Of a DNA stretch of 64,000 bases, positions 39,744 to 52,562 are shown piece by piece. Origin of the DNA: Tubiluchus corallicola (taxonomy: Eukaryota > Animalia > Priapulida); NCBI GenBank assembly GCA_030141605.1, contig JAQGDQ010000087.1:434001-498000 (forward strand), written 5' to 3'. Both the position numbers and the translations under genes were made by a program. Under the pieces are notes generated by a model. It did not search any database, was not told the DNA's origin, and was given only the letters and a program-made list of their open reading frames with translations. The stretch's first letter is position 1. Each line of letters begins with the position of its first letter.

Positions 39744-42667
39744 TACTTTTGTAACTGTAATACAATAGGCTGCTATAGTTATAATAGTTCTACTGTAGTT
39801 GCTACAACTGCTAAGTTGAATCTACTCTAACCGTAACTAGTAGTGCATATTGGTTACCTTGTTGCTGAATAGAGTTATTAACAAAATGCATTTTTGTAAA
39901 TATCACACGCACGCACTAACACTAACAGATGTCTGTACAGATTCTGTACAGAAGAAATGTACAAGTAAAAACATTAGTAATAAAACCACAGGAAAAATTA
40001 GGTTTTACTCTTTCAATACATCGTAAAGAAAAGTTTGATATTTAAAGACTCGAGGTTTACATGTAAAGACGGTAGTCTACTTTAATATAATTGTAGTCGA
40101 ATTACAAGAATAAACTTTGGTTCTGTCTTATGAAACATAACAAATACTGATTTAATTGAATCCAAGTAATAAACTCACAGGAAAAAAAAGAAATCAATAT
40201 TGAACAAAACGCATACTTGTAATGCCACAAATTTTTCACATACTTGTAATGCCATCATATATAAACAGTATTGTCATACAAGTATTGTCAGTTAATTACT
40301 GACTGGAAATTTTTTTTGTTTCTGTTATGGTGCCTAAATAAATTGTGAATGACTTGAATGTTTTTGTTTCATTGCCTGAATTTCTTTCCCAGCCAAAATT
40401 GTGACTTTTTTCCTATGACCTCGTTACCGGTACTCACCAATTAGCCAATTTCTTACAGCACAAAAGCTACAGAAAACAAACAAGTTCCCGAATTTTCGAC
40501 TCTCGATATAAAAGTTAGAAAAAAGTAAAGTAACCACAAAATCACATTGTTCTGTGTGAACTAACACTAAACTTTGGATGAGTCCCATTTCTTCAGATAC
40601 TAGCAAGCAGTAATAAAAAATCTCTTAGACATGGCACCACAAAGGCATAAACATTGATCAATTTGTAGTTGCATTATGACATGATCTGTATTAACGTCAC
40701 GTGATCAGCCTGATTCACTCACTCAGGCCGATCAGTATTCTTAGGAACAACATTGATTAGGAACATAAATTACAGAACCGCAATTAATAAAGTGAAAAAA
40801 TTTTCAAGTGAAAAATAAAATTTGTAATTCACGTCTAGTAGTTCTGTCAACCTGTCATGCTGAAACTTTTGAATTATGTATTACTAAAATCCATACAGTG
40901 TGAGTGATACTTGTGTGTGATAGACAGTTGTCAAAAATAGGTATATAAAAACTTCCCACATTCAACAGTATACATGTTATTTAGAAGCAAATATGAATAC
41001 ATTCTGTTAAAAATAATTAAAAAACAACAATGGCAAATCCAGGTACGATCAAGCCACAGGTAACCTGCGACTTTTCAATGTAGAAATAAGATGCATTTTT
41101 CAACAAAACTGTGCACTAGATATAACTGGACTAACTATCAGCAATGTGACAAGAACCAGCTCTTGTTTTGGAAGAAGGGAGGTGTCAAATACAAAATTAT
41201 ACTAATCATTCGCTGCATATTATTTATAATCATTTTTAAGACATCAATTATCATCACAGTAATGCTAAACTGTTTTACCCAAGCCAGGCTCCGGCAAAAG
41301 AAATAGACGCTTTAATCTGTGCCTAAAATTTAAAATTAGCTTTAAGCATATGCATGGTTTTATTCTCGTTCATCATTCCAGCTCTATCTTATCCAAGCGC
41401 CAAAATGTCTACACGTCTAAACTCGGCACGTTTACAAAAAAAATGCACATAGCATTAAGACATCCTTACTTAAAATATGAAATCAGTTTAAAAAAGCAAA
41501 CTAATTCAATTATTCACCACAATTTATTAATGAACAACTGCTGCTGAAAAAAAATCCGAGAAGCCAGTTAGTGAACTCTTGTGTACGGCATAAAATCTGT
41601 ACGGATAACATTTGCCACTAATCCATACAATACTGTACATCATACAAGAAAACGATTTTTCATTTGACAAATGTTAATTCTTACTATTGAATATTAAGGT
41701 GTAAATTCAGCAGCGTTAACTGTATCATTATGGCGCATAAAAATTTGGCGTTGGACGAAGAATATAATATTTTTATCAGTAACCTTCAAACATGTTTTGA
41801 CAGACTATTTAGACACGTTACAATTTAACACTCTCGGACACAAATCGATGAATACCTATGCTAGCATTTATACGTATACGTGTCACTTGTGTGTGTTGAA
41901 TGCACACGCTCCATAAGACACAATAATTTATAACTTATTTGGTTATGCTGTGTGCACACAACATAGCAGAAAACAACGATAATCAACTGTACAGAAATTT
42001 CATTGGCTCGATAGACAAAGTCCTCGATTTTTCGTAAAAAATTAATTCTCAGATCTGTAGGAACCACAAACTGCTAATACTTTGAAGTGATATTAGAAAT
42101 CTTATAATATACATCTACTATCGAGTAATTATTTCCACCATCCCTCATTCTAAAAATCTTATTGCTCCCTCTTTCTCTCTCTCTCTCTCACCGTCCTCTT
42201 TTTGCACAATAATAAATAATATTGTAGCATTTGTAATAACAGGCTTACTTCATTTTTATAAAATCTACACTTTTTATACAAAAACAAGTTTTAGCTTTTA
42301 CTAAAATATAGCGTTGATGAATTATCTCGTGCATCTTAGGAAACTATTTGTACTGCAAAGTCGAAACTATAGCAAATTGAGCCTTATTTTTGTGTGCATC
42401 ACTAGTGCATGCTATTTTATCAACTTATCATTGTAGCCCTATTGAAACACACCTTTCCGTAATAATGCAAGCACATTATAATACAAAGTTACAGGTTGCC
42501 GGGCATTGGTAGTACGAATTCACAATATTCCTTCAGCATTAAGAGGAAGAAACTTGCTTTCCATGCACCTCATGTGCAAATATATGTTTGTCATGTCCAC
42601 ATAGTGACAGCTCTACGCAAAATGCATCATAGTAGGATATATAATCATCAACGTATTTTTTATACTA

Positions 42668-42948
42668 TTATTCATCTAAAGCATTTAATAATTTATGTCC
42701 GTGGAGTAAGTTACTACTCTGTGATATAGGCGCGTTCACCTCACAATCATACTGGCTCAATGCGTTAAGTGCAGGTATGAGCCGACTTCTAGGCTTCGGC
42801 GTTTTGTCACCTGCCTTGTCCTGTGAGCTCTGGCTGTGTACGTAGCCACTGTTTATATCTTCGCCCTTCAGTAGTAAGTTCTTTAACACGCTGTTCTCAA
42901 GGCAATGAGTGTTTCCTGAAGAAGGAAAATTCGTCTTGATAGGTGTTT
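42668..42948 (-). CDS. HIF1A: HIF-alpha terminal exon with C-terminal transactivation domain: (E)TPIKTNFPSSGNTHCLENSVLKNLLLKGED...[27 protein letters not shown]
   Basis: Minus-strand acceptor tctaatttacag|, 281 nt, phase 1 start; FIH-target Asn codon at 42734-42736. Confidence 0.95.
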
Positions 42949-45900
42949 CTGTAAATTAGAAGCTACCATAAACGGGACGCATTACTGTGCTGCATGCTCT
43001 ACTACCTGTCTACCTACTGCTATTCAGACATAGCAGATTGATGGGTTAAAAATATTATCATTACTCTTACTTGTTTAGGTGTGAGTTTGCCTAAAACACT
43101 GAGTGCAGAGATTACAACAAAGCGAGTGATAATAACTCTTAGAATAATTAAAATTAATTAATATTAAAACAGGCATGAGCAACTTGCCTTTTATTGGTAA
43201 TGCAGCACAAATTATTGCATTAATAAAGCATAATGCAATAAATTTTCCAGTGTCCATGGGCTTAGTAAATTACATGCACGGCAGTTACTTATTACATCAA
43301 ACAAATGAAGTTGGTAAAAGATGAGTTGACTTGGTCTATAGACAGTGCCGGATTATGACCTTTTAGGGCCCTTCGCTAATGAAATTACAGGGCCCTCTCA
43401 GATGGAGCAACCCTCTAAATTCCCTACACTTCGTCTTGAATATTTTTTTACTACTGGTATATTTTAGCGACATTAACACAGCTTGAAGTAAACTTATCGT
43501 AAATTCTTTAAATAAACTAGATTAGCTACCTTTCGTTTATCAATAAAATATTCTTTAAGAAATACGACTGTTTTACTATTTATTACAAACTAAATTAGCC
43601 CACATTTCAACACAAACGTAGTGACAAAACAGATTTTTTTATAAGAACTGACCAGCATTATAACAATAAAACAAGAAAAATAAATACTGATATGACTTCA
43701 GATAATGAAACTATTTAGACGTTATAACATCTAAAAAATTGAAAAACACTGGTTTACAAAAATATCTTTTTTAAAGTTTAAATTTTATTTTAAGTTAATT
43801 GAATTATTCAGTGGCGCAAAATATTAAAATATGTTCATTTTTCAAAAAAAAGTGTAAACAGAATTTTGAAAATCTTTTAGCAGGGCCACTCAAGCTTGGA
43901 AGCACCAAGTTTGAAGGGCCCTGGGCTGCATCCTAAACCAGTCTATAGGATAATCTGGTTGTGCCTATAGGCAAGTTAAAAAAGACGACTACAGTTCAGA
44001 GTAAATATAACAGAAGAGATTAGACAAGCCAAGTAGTGAAACTTCACTAGTATGATGTCATAATTATAATCAAGGCACTCAGTCATGCAGCGACTGTAGA
44101 GGTTTAGAAAAACATACACAACTATGAAATGCAATTGGCCATTATTATTCTGACAGGTAGTTGTCCAGGAAGGTATTTAGGAATAACAGAAGTACTATTA
44201 CGCAAGAAAACTGCTTATCATACAGATACAGTATGACAGGTGTAGTGCATTGCAGGTATTAACAATGTTCAATCATGCTTACTGATAATCATCAGCTAAA
44301 CTGATGTTTCTGAAGTAGGTCTGTATGAAAATGGTGATTAAAGTAGATAGTGGCAACAGCTCTTTAAAGGAAAACCGGTTGATTTTTCATATCTTGGCCC
44401 ACTTCGAAATACAGTAAAAAATGTGCATTTTAACACCTATAATAATGCCAAAGCATTTCTGGTGATTAAATAATAGATTAAAACATCTTAATTAATGGCG
44501 AGCCCAACTGGTGATGTCATTACAACTGAACGTAATTTTCAACAGCATGAACATTCCACGAATGTGTCACATGTGAAAGTAAAAATTGAAATATAGTGCT
44601 ACTGTACAACTTTCAGTGTGATACAAAAACACGGCACATTTTGAGTTTAAAATACAAATTTTAAATTTACCCGCTGTGCTCACGCATGAGCTCTCGAATC
44701 TGTGTACTACGTCACATCTGCACATTTCTGAACTAACATATACAGCATTGTTTATTGTGCAATGCGTTATACGAGATGCAGGCTCTAGAAGTACCCATCC
44801 AACTAGTGAATGGCAAACGCATGTAACAGTGAACTAGCCATGAGAATGCGAAATTAGTATTCTGTTGTAATAACTTTTCCATATAGTCATTCTTGATAGT
44901 CACTCTTGAAGAAATAGTATGTTCCCTTTCAATTTTTTATAAGGTAGATTGTTTGAGATGGGTTCCGGTTTTCCTTTAAAACAGGTGAAGCCAAAAATCA
45001 AGGCACAAAGCTCACATTGTTTAGATTTGGAGCGCATCACACGACATGTTGTTCTGATGTCATCATTTTTCATGAGCTGTCACATTTAACTAAATGGTAA
45101 ATTGTTTTAATCAACAGTTAGCAAGGTAATTAACTACTAACCTCTCCCAATTAAGGCTTTCAAATCTTTATGAATCATAGATTGTACATCTAGATTTCCA
45201 CGTTGACGTTTGTGCCCCTGGTTTGTGTCCGTGTCGACTGGACGTTTCATACCAGCATAATGGTGGTCTGTAATGTGACTAGCTGAATTCTAACGGAAAA
45301 AAAACATTTCTATTAGCATTCAATTTGCTGCAATGTTTTAGGATAAGAAGTGTGTTGTTCAAAGTTTTGCAAATGAGCTGATGCAGGTTTACTGCTCGAG
45401 AAACAGGGCAATTAAGTGATGCAAATGATTGAATTACCTCTCATTTTTTAAATTCTATTTATTTGGCAACCAATAATTTTCAACCAAAGATCTTTATCAT
45501 TATCACACGATCTTTGCAAACTGAAAATCTGCTCTTAGGGAAGGGGATATCTCCAAGTACTTGATGAGATGCACCAACTTAAGAAGCTCAATGAAATAAG
45601 AAGTGATAGTGTTGTTCCAACAATGGTAATAAATGTGCCAATAAGAACCGGTCGAGTACAATGATAAGCCTCATGGTGTCGTACTGTCTACACAATAATT
45701 TCTGAAGATGATTATAAACGCGTGCTAGTTGGTTGTGTTAGAACTTACCAGACAGATGCATAGAGGGCACATTTTGTAGAATAAGTGGTAAAGGTAACTA
45801 CAAGCTGCAAATGATCACCTCTCAGGTGAACCCCCTACAGCGATTTCAGTCTAGTGAGGTTTCTCGACAATTATTAAGCGCGAGCTGACACTCCCTTCTC

Positions 45901-48581
45901 CATTCGCTGTGAGAAGTGGTCAAGAGTAACTTGCATTCACATTAGACGGTAAATCATCTCACAGCAACTGTTGCAATAACTTGCCGACAGTAACTCGCAA
46001 AAGAGTTCACATTTGCATGTTTGCTGTCAGACAGAAAACTCGCTAGCATGAACGTGCATTAGGACCTACATTAACTGCACAGACAGTCACAGTGCATTTT
46101 TCCAATGTTAGTATCATGTGACCGATAGGTGCCAAGACAAAAGTAAATTCCCTAGTAGCAATGCTAAGTGCAGCTTAAAAAAGATTGAACTGAATTATTT
46201 TTGCTGAAGTATTTTGAAATGAAGCGTTGACAAAGCTGCAGAAAATAGGTAAGCAATGAGAATAGCAGTACTGCAAGCTTTGGTTTAGTTACCATCAACA
46301 TCAGGTACATGCAGACATTTTAAGTTTAGGTTTGGTTGTCTGCACAATCTGACATTCCACATAACTGGAGACTACTATAACTGCGACATTTGAACATGAA
46401 CTACACATGACAAAGCTATAATGTCTTACTTGTGTCAGGTTTCCATTCTGTAGTAATTTCGTTAAACTGGATGACAATTGAACAACTGGCTGTCGGTTTG
46501 GTGATCCAGGCGATCTAACACCAGTACGACCCTGCGGTCGGCCTTTGGCAGCAAATGTATAACTGGACTGTAATGACTTCGAGTCCTGCCTCTGTTTGTT
46601 GGTAGTGTTCTTGCCTGGTATATATAGACGGGATTTCGTGCCAGGCAAGTACATATCGTCCGTCATGCCCATGGGAATGTATGGCGCTCTCATTTCTAAC
46701 TCTTCCACCTAGATGGAGTAAGTGTAGCAAACACACGTTGATTTTTAACTTACAGGAAGACAGGATGACTTTTCATATACTACCCCATTTTCATGTCCGA
46801 TAAAACGTATACAATTTTACACAATTAATACTGCAAAAGCATTTCTGATAATTAAATAATAGATTAAAAACTTAATTAACAGCGGGCGAGCACGTAGCAT
46901 TTCCGAAATGCAGGCACTAGTGCCAGTTTAACTAGAGAAATGGTGAAATGCATGTAACTTAAGAGCTAGTGGTGCAAACGTGAAATTGTGTTTGTGTGGT
47001 AATAATTCTTTCACGCAAGTCATTTTTGAAAAAAATAACTTGTTTCCTTCCAATATTTTATAGAGTAGATTGTTCTGACCTAGTGTTTAAGACTGGGTCC
47101 GGTTTTGCTTTAACGATTTTGAGAAAGAATAAAGCACATTCAACATCAACAAACAATTTTTAATGATTGGAAAAATAGAAATCCATATAGATTGTTGGGC
47201 TGAAAAGTATATTCGCTCGCACTATTACATCAGCAACATCTCAAAGCAAACAGCAAATCTTATTTTAGTCAAAGATGCAATTATGAAAGGTTACAAATTA
47301 AAAGTATTACAGTAGAAGTTCACTTTATGCCTACAAGAAAAGTGACAGCAATGCAACTAACACATTAACAAAATGAAACTGCTCTAGCAAGATCATCCTG
47401 CTATTAATTAATTCCTGTGCAATCACCTAGCAGCATCTCGTGAAAGAAACGACAATTACAATTTTAATGAGATCTATATTACAGCAACACAATCAACTAG
47501 CACAAAACAACAAACTTTTTTCTTTATACTGAAAATGTGTTACAAGACATACATACCGAATCTGAATCCTTGTCTGATGTTTTGTCAGCAATGATACCAG
47601 TCTCCCAGGATGTGTCCATGGTGCACAATTTATCTATCATGTCCATGTCTAATGAACTGGACTGGTCAATTTCGCCTGTAGACGAATGCTGCAAAAACAA
47701 GGGTAGAAAATACAATAGTAAATAGAGTTTACCAGAAGTGTATTTCTAATTGTATAAATAAATTTCTAATCGTATTTTGAATGTACAACTAGACAGGTTG
47801 ATCAGCATGACTTAAACCAACATACTAAGCAGACGCAACCAGACTACCATACGGCAAAACAATAGTAAGTCACGTGATCTCATGTTTCCTGACACTTTTG
47901 CTGAAAATGTATTCTACCTCAGAGTGTGACAAAACAATAATATGACATGGTGAATCAGCACATATTTTTATTTTTAGTTCTTTCCACTTGTGTTGATGCT
48001 GGTGCATGGATCACTGATGATCCATCAAGGTTGGCACTAGGTAATTCGTTCATTCAGTAAATCAAATACGTTTAGTTTATTTAATTTCTCACTCACGCAT
48101 GCACGCATGCACTAACTCACGCACGCACTCACTCACTCACTCACTCACTCACTCACACTCACTCTCTCTCTCTCAGTCATTCAACAAGATAATTATTCAG
48201 TCAGCGAATCGGCCAGCCAGGGAACTAGGCTAAACCAAACCAACCAACCAGGTAAGCAGTCAGCGAGTTGTGGTTGCCAGTCAACAATCAACAGACCAAC
48301 CAATAAAACAAATTTAAAAAAGTGAGTTTATTGGTTAATTAATTACTGTTTTCGTGCCCTGACCAGTTAATCAACTAACAACAATAAGAACAAACAACGT
48401 ACTCTGGAACCGTCTGAATGATCAGCTGGACTTGCAGGACTCTTGATGCTGTTACAATTGCTCTTTTTCGTTCTGTAAGTGTTGTCACCTCCAACCATCA
48501 TCTCAGGAAACACGGCTTCGTAGCTTTTAGCGGGAAACAAAATGTCGTCATAAATGTTGATCTTCTGTTGATCAAACACGC
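42668..48581 (-). CDS. HIF1A: Hypoxia-inducible factor alpha gene, C-terminal half (5'-partial): complement(join(42668..42948,45142..45289,46430..46708,47557..47688,48403..48581))
   Basis: Five GT-AG exons in one frame (1019 nt, ~338 codons). They carry LEMRAPYIPM (equivalent of human HIF-1alpha CODD LEMLAPYIPM, Pro564) and the C-TAD [30 protein letters not shown] (human [30 protein letters not shown], Asn803). bHLH-PAS and NODD exons not seen in the window. Confidence 0.93.
43343..43963 (+). mobile_element. hAT-like MITE (family B), longest copy
   Basis: Termini CAGTGCCGGATTA / TAATCTGGTTGTG; degenerate 8-bp TSD TCTATAGA / CCTATAGG. Confidence 0.7.
44368..44975 (+). mobile_element. Family A non-autonomous DNA transposon, TTAA TSD, Kolobok-like termini
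   Basis: Perfect 11-bp TIR AGGAAAACCGG / CCGGTTTTCCT with TTAA on both sides (44364-44367, 44976-44979). RR..YY termini with TTAA TSD fit Kolobok rather than piggyBac. Confidence 0.85.
45142..45289 (-). CDS. HIF1A: HIF-alpha coding exon: NSASHITDHHYAGMKRPVDTDTNQGHKRQRGNLDVQSMIHKDLKALIGR
   Basis: Acceptor tttttccgttag|, donor AGAG|gttagt, 148 nt, phase 0-1, exactly bridging the flanking exons; contains a bipartite-NLS-like KR-x10-KRQR. Not in the ORF track. Confidence 0.85.
46430..46708 (-). CDS. HIF1A: HIF-alpha coding exon with C-terminal oxygen-dependent degradation motif: VEELEMRAPYIPMGMTDDMYL...SSSLTKLLQNGNLTQ
   Basis: Acceptor tactccatctag|, donor CAA|gtaaga, 279 nt, phase 0-0; target Pro codon at 46682-46684. 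Confidence 0.92.
46754..47109 (+). mobile_element. Family A element, internally deleted copy
   Basis: AGGAAGACAGG ... CCGGTTTTGCT|TTAA; both ends match the 3757 copy with the middle missing. Confidence 0.75.
47557..47688 (-). CDS. HIF1A: HIF-alpha coding exon: HSSTGEIDQSSSLDMDMIDKLCTMDTSWETGIIADKTSDKDSDS
   Basis: Acceptor ttgtttttgcag|, donor TCG|gtatgt, 132 nt, phase 0-0; acidic/Ser-rich ODD-type linker. Confidence 0.82.
48095..48175. repeat. Simple repeat (CACG)n/(CACT)n/(CT)n
   Basis: Directly visible. Confidence 0.8.
48403..48581 (-). CDS. HIF1A: HIF-alpha coding exon: xVFDQQKINIYDDILFPAKSYEAVFPEMMVGGDNTYRTKKSNCNSIKSPASPADHSDGSR
   Basis: Acceptor tttatttatttcag|, donor AGA|gtacgt, 179 nt, phase 1-0, open and in frame with downstream exons. 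Confidence 0.82.
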
Positions 48582-51445
48582 CTGAAATAAATAAAAAACA
48601 AAATGGTTATATTAAAGATTGCAGATTTGTAAAACTACAAAAATGGAAGCAGTTGATATGCACTCGCATGGTTCCTTTAACACTTAAGACTGAAAAAAGA
48701 GTTATTCATTTACCCCAAAACACAAATTGCTTGATGACAACTCTTCACAACAAGGCATCAAGAAGGGACAAGCAACTAATAATGTGCCACCATATAAAAT
48801 TATTGAATCAATTTTCCATTGAATTGTCACGGCGATCATCATTACAGTGACCGAGTCCGCTAAGAAATCATATTACATCAATTGGACAACATGTCCTGCA
48901 CCTGGCATTCAATAATATGTAATCAAGGAAAAAAGTAAACCTGAAAACAACAGAAAGTTCTAGAAAGTTTTGTTCGTAACAGGACAGCATCACATGTTTG
49001 CTATGATGATGATGCCAAAACCACCAATATAGTGGAATAATTTGTGTAATGTATCAGATGTCTAAAATGGCCTAGGATGACAGTTGTGCAGGACAAAAGC
49101 AGGAAAGATGCAAAAAGTGGATAAAAGCTGTCGCACGTTCCTATTATCGAAGGCAAGAGACTAGTAAACAAATAACTGCTGCTCTGCAAATTTTGTGCAA
49201 AGAAAAATGCAATTAGTTTATCTGTTGATTAGACGTTAGTTTTCACGTTATTTACCGAAGATGGTTGCTGTTCAACGTAAGCTGATGTCAGTGACGTGTC
49301 AATTTCTCATGAGCGTGCTTACATCACAACGCAGGCGGAGCGAGAAACTAATATGTTTGACGTCAAATGATCTGTTACACGCCTCAGATTGTCACGTTAT
49401 GTACGACAGAAGCCTGCAGTGCACACTCTTAATCTAGTCTTCGGCATGGTTATCTGAACGCTTGACCTTTTGGCTGGTGCAAAACCGCCGTTGTTTCCAG
49501 ACGTGATGAGACAAACCCAGATGTAACGATCAATGCCTGCCAATTTTCAAAGTTTACTTGAGAGAAAACTGCAAATCGAACTCGACATCGACTGCTTTTA
49601 TACGAGTCACATTGACAGGTTTTCCATTAGATCCTGGCTAAACGAAAAACCCATAACCAAGAATTCGTTTTATGGTACATGAAGATTCGTAGTTTGTAGC
49701 CAGTCGGACGGCAGTCATAGAAACTGCCGTAATAGATATACGCATCAGAAATCTAGTTATAAACTAGCTTCAACTAATGGCACGATTCATAATGCAGCAC
49801 AATCAGCACTCAATTCCCTGTCAAAGATATTTCTGCGAGGTTTACATAGAGAAACGGTTAAAGTCAATAGGAATGACAGTTCGGTCCATGCTTCTCCGAT
49901 TTGTCAATAAAATTCTTGTACCAAAGCCTTAATCGATTGGAGTCGTAAAGCCCCATTGTATGATGCCCAAGTGCCTGGCTGTCCACGTATAAGCCACAAA
50001 GCGATGTCAGCCACAAACAATCCAAACAATCATATAAAAAACAGCTGCCAAGAGAAAGCGCTGAAAACTCAAACAAATAAACGCAATTATCTTGAATTCA
50101 CTCTAATTATTCATTTATACTTTTTATAGCATTTTCGAGCATTAGACAGCAAAGTGGCGGAACGATACAAAACTTCAATTTACTAATACAAGAAAGATGA
50201 TCTATGTACCCTAATAAGCCTTCTCTCAATGTGCAAAGCAGTTCAATTCATTTAACTTAATTTTCAAACACTTATTACTGTATCAATTTGTTACTATATC
50301 AATTTCTTTTTTACAGGTCTGCTTAATCATTACCTATTTGACTTTTGTAAATACATAATTAGTGCATAATTTACTGTAGCAATTTCTTTACTGGTCTGCT
50401 TATTCATTACTTATTTGGCTTATGTTAATTAGTGAATAATGTTCTATACTGTTGCCTCTGCCTACATAAACTGGTTCCAGTTTTGTAAAAATTAGCCATC
50501 GATGATGACAGCAGTAAGTTTGTCGAAATGTTTGGCATGATTTTTATCTACGCAAATTTTAATGAAGTTGTGGTGTTTTGACTATAAACACTTTTAAGTG
50601 CCTGTAATAAAAAACTTCATAATTTAATTTTTTCTACGTTTACTGTACTTAAAATTTAATTCAGTAAACATCAATCAAAATAAATGTACAAAACTCTATC
50701 TATAATTAAGCATTTCATGGATGTTGTACCACAGACATTTAAGTAAGTTTTGTTCGTTTTTGCCTGCATTTTCTGGCACAGTAGATAAAACTTCTGCGAG
50801 TTTGGGTCAAGTTTAGATACCTATTGAACTTTTACATAATTACATCTGCTAATCATGGTAAAAGCAGACAAGCAATATTTCTTTTGCATAATATTGATAA
50901 ACTGAAAAAAAACTGCAGTGTGAAAAAGCTATGAAAACCACTAGCACAGCATACATATACTGTGCTTGTATAGTTATAATCATTCAGTTGCAGAAATCAA
51001 ACAGTTGTAAGTTTAGTCTGCTGAAGACAAGTTTGACTGACACGTGACAACTGCTTTACTAACTAGAAACTTTTTATCACTCTTACTAGCCTAACTAACG
51101 GAGATTTAATCACTGAATTAAACTCAACTACACAGCCTTCAATCCAGAGTTTGTTTACAGAATCAAGTGTAAACAGGCTGCACTTTGTAAACGAAAAAAC
51201 ATCATCCAGAAACTGTTCAACAAGGTCTGCTAGTACTGCAGCTGAACATACTTCATGGCTTCGTGGCACACTGTTACAAAACAATAACAGAAGAAAAGAA
51301 GCCAAGTTTTACTCCACAGTTCAAGGGGTTTTCATTGCCTACAGCTACAAAACAATTATAGACAAAAAGAAGCCGAGTACTACCGCCTACGCTCACCGTT
51401 ATTTTTTAAACAGTAATGAAACAGAATGATGAGTGATTGCGTGAT

Positions 51446-51631
51446 TACTAATTACACAGATCTGACTACGTATACTAATTACACAGATCTGACTAGTATA
51501 CTAATTACACAGATCTGACTACGTATACTAATTACACAGATCTGACTACGTATACTAATTACACAGATCTGACTACGTATACTAATTACACAGATCTGAC
51601 AGCGTATACTAATTACACAGATCTGACAGCG
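51446..51631. repeat. Minisatellite, 27-bp unit x~7 (TACTAATTACACAGATCTGACTACGTA)
   Basis: Head-to-tail near-identical units. Confidence 0.93.
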
Positions 51632-52399
51632 CATCAGAGACATGTCAACTTAACATCAACAAGCTTGTATGTACATGTGTAATACTCGATACAAAACGAA
51701 GTTGTTTAAATCCACGATGTAGCGTATATGTATTATGTAACAGTAGACTTTTGTGAGATACCTCTTCCAGAACCTTCGTACAAATTTTTCCATGTCATTT
51801 CTGAAATCTACGCTAAAAATTGCACTAATCAGAATTTTTCGATATTTAAAAAAGACTCAAAATTAAAAATATTCTTCATTGGGTGCCAAGTTTTGGGGCC
51901 CTATTTTTTTCTAATCTGCAATAAATACTCAATGTTTTTGTAACAGCAAAGTTTCATATCACACTAACCCAACAAATTAACGCAATAATTCGGTCGTACA
52001 CTCTAGGCTAGGCTGATAAATACCAAGGAGAAACGGGTAATCTTACAAATTGATTAGATTAGCAACTCCAGACAGACTGTCATTATACAAAAGTTGAAGC
52101 CATCAAAAACCAGCAGCATTAGTGTCTGATTGTGAAACCGCGCTGTTAAACGAGGAACAGACCACCAGTCTAAACACAGCATGAATGGAAGACCAGCAAC
52201 TACATTACTGAAAAACTATTCTGGAGGGAGGATTTTAAATCAATAAAGTATACAGGATGGGATTAAATATTAACAAAATCGTTGAATTGTTAAAGAAGTT
52301 TGAGTGAGCAGTCGAGATGAAAAACTGTTTTACCGGAAGACTTGTCACAATTACAATCGGATGTGATCACATTGTCCCTGAACAAGGCAGCGAATCTGT

Positions 52400-52562
52400 G
52401 TGATGAATGTATTGGTCACCCATCTGAATGCTTGCCAACCCTAGCATTGTCCAACTTCTATCACGCGGCGGCCACCCATCCAAATACTGACCGGCTTCGG
52501 TATTGCCAAACTTCGGTCATTAAATGTACACCGTGACCACTCAGCTATACATTCCCCGCCTC
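52400..52562 (-). mobile_element. Composite SINE-like head: tRNA-type A box followed by 5S-rRNA-derived segment
   Basis: Minus strand reads TAGCTGAGTGG (A-box-like, 52537-52547) then ACCGAAGTTTGGCAATACCGAAGCCGGTCAGTATTTGGATGGGTGGCCGCC (52467-52517), matching the 5S rRNA internal control region; a second GATGGGTGACC follows at 52414-52424. Confidence 0.65.
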
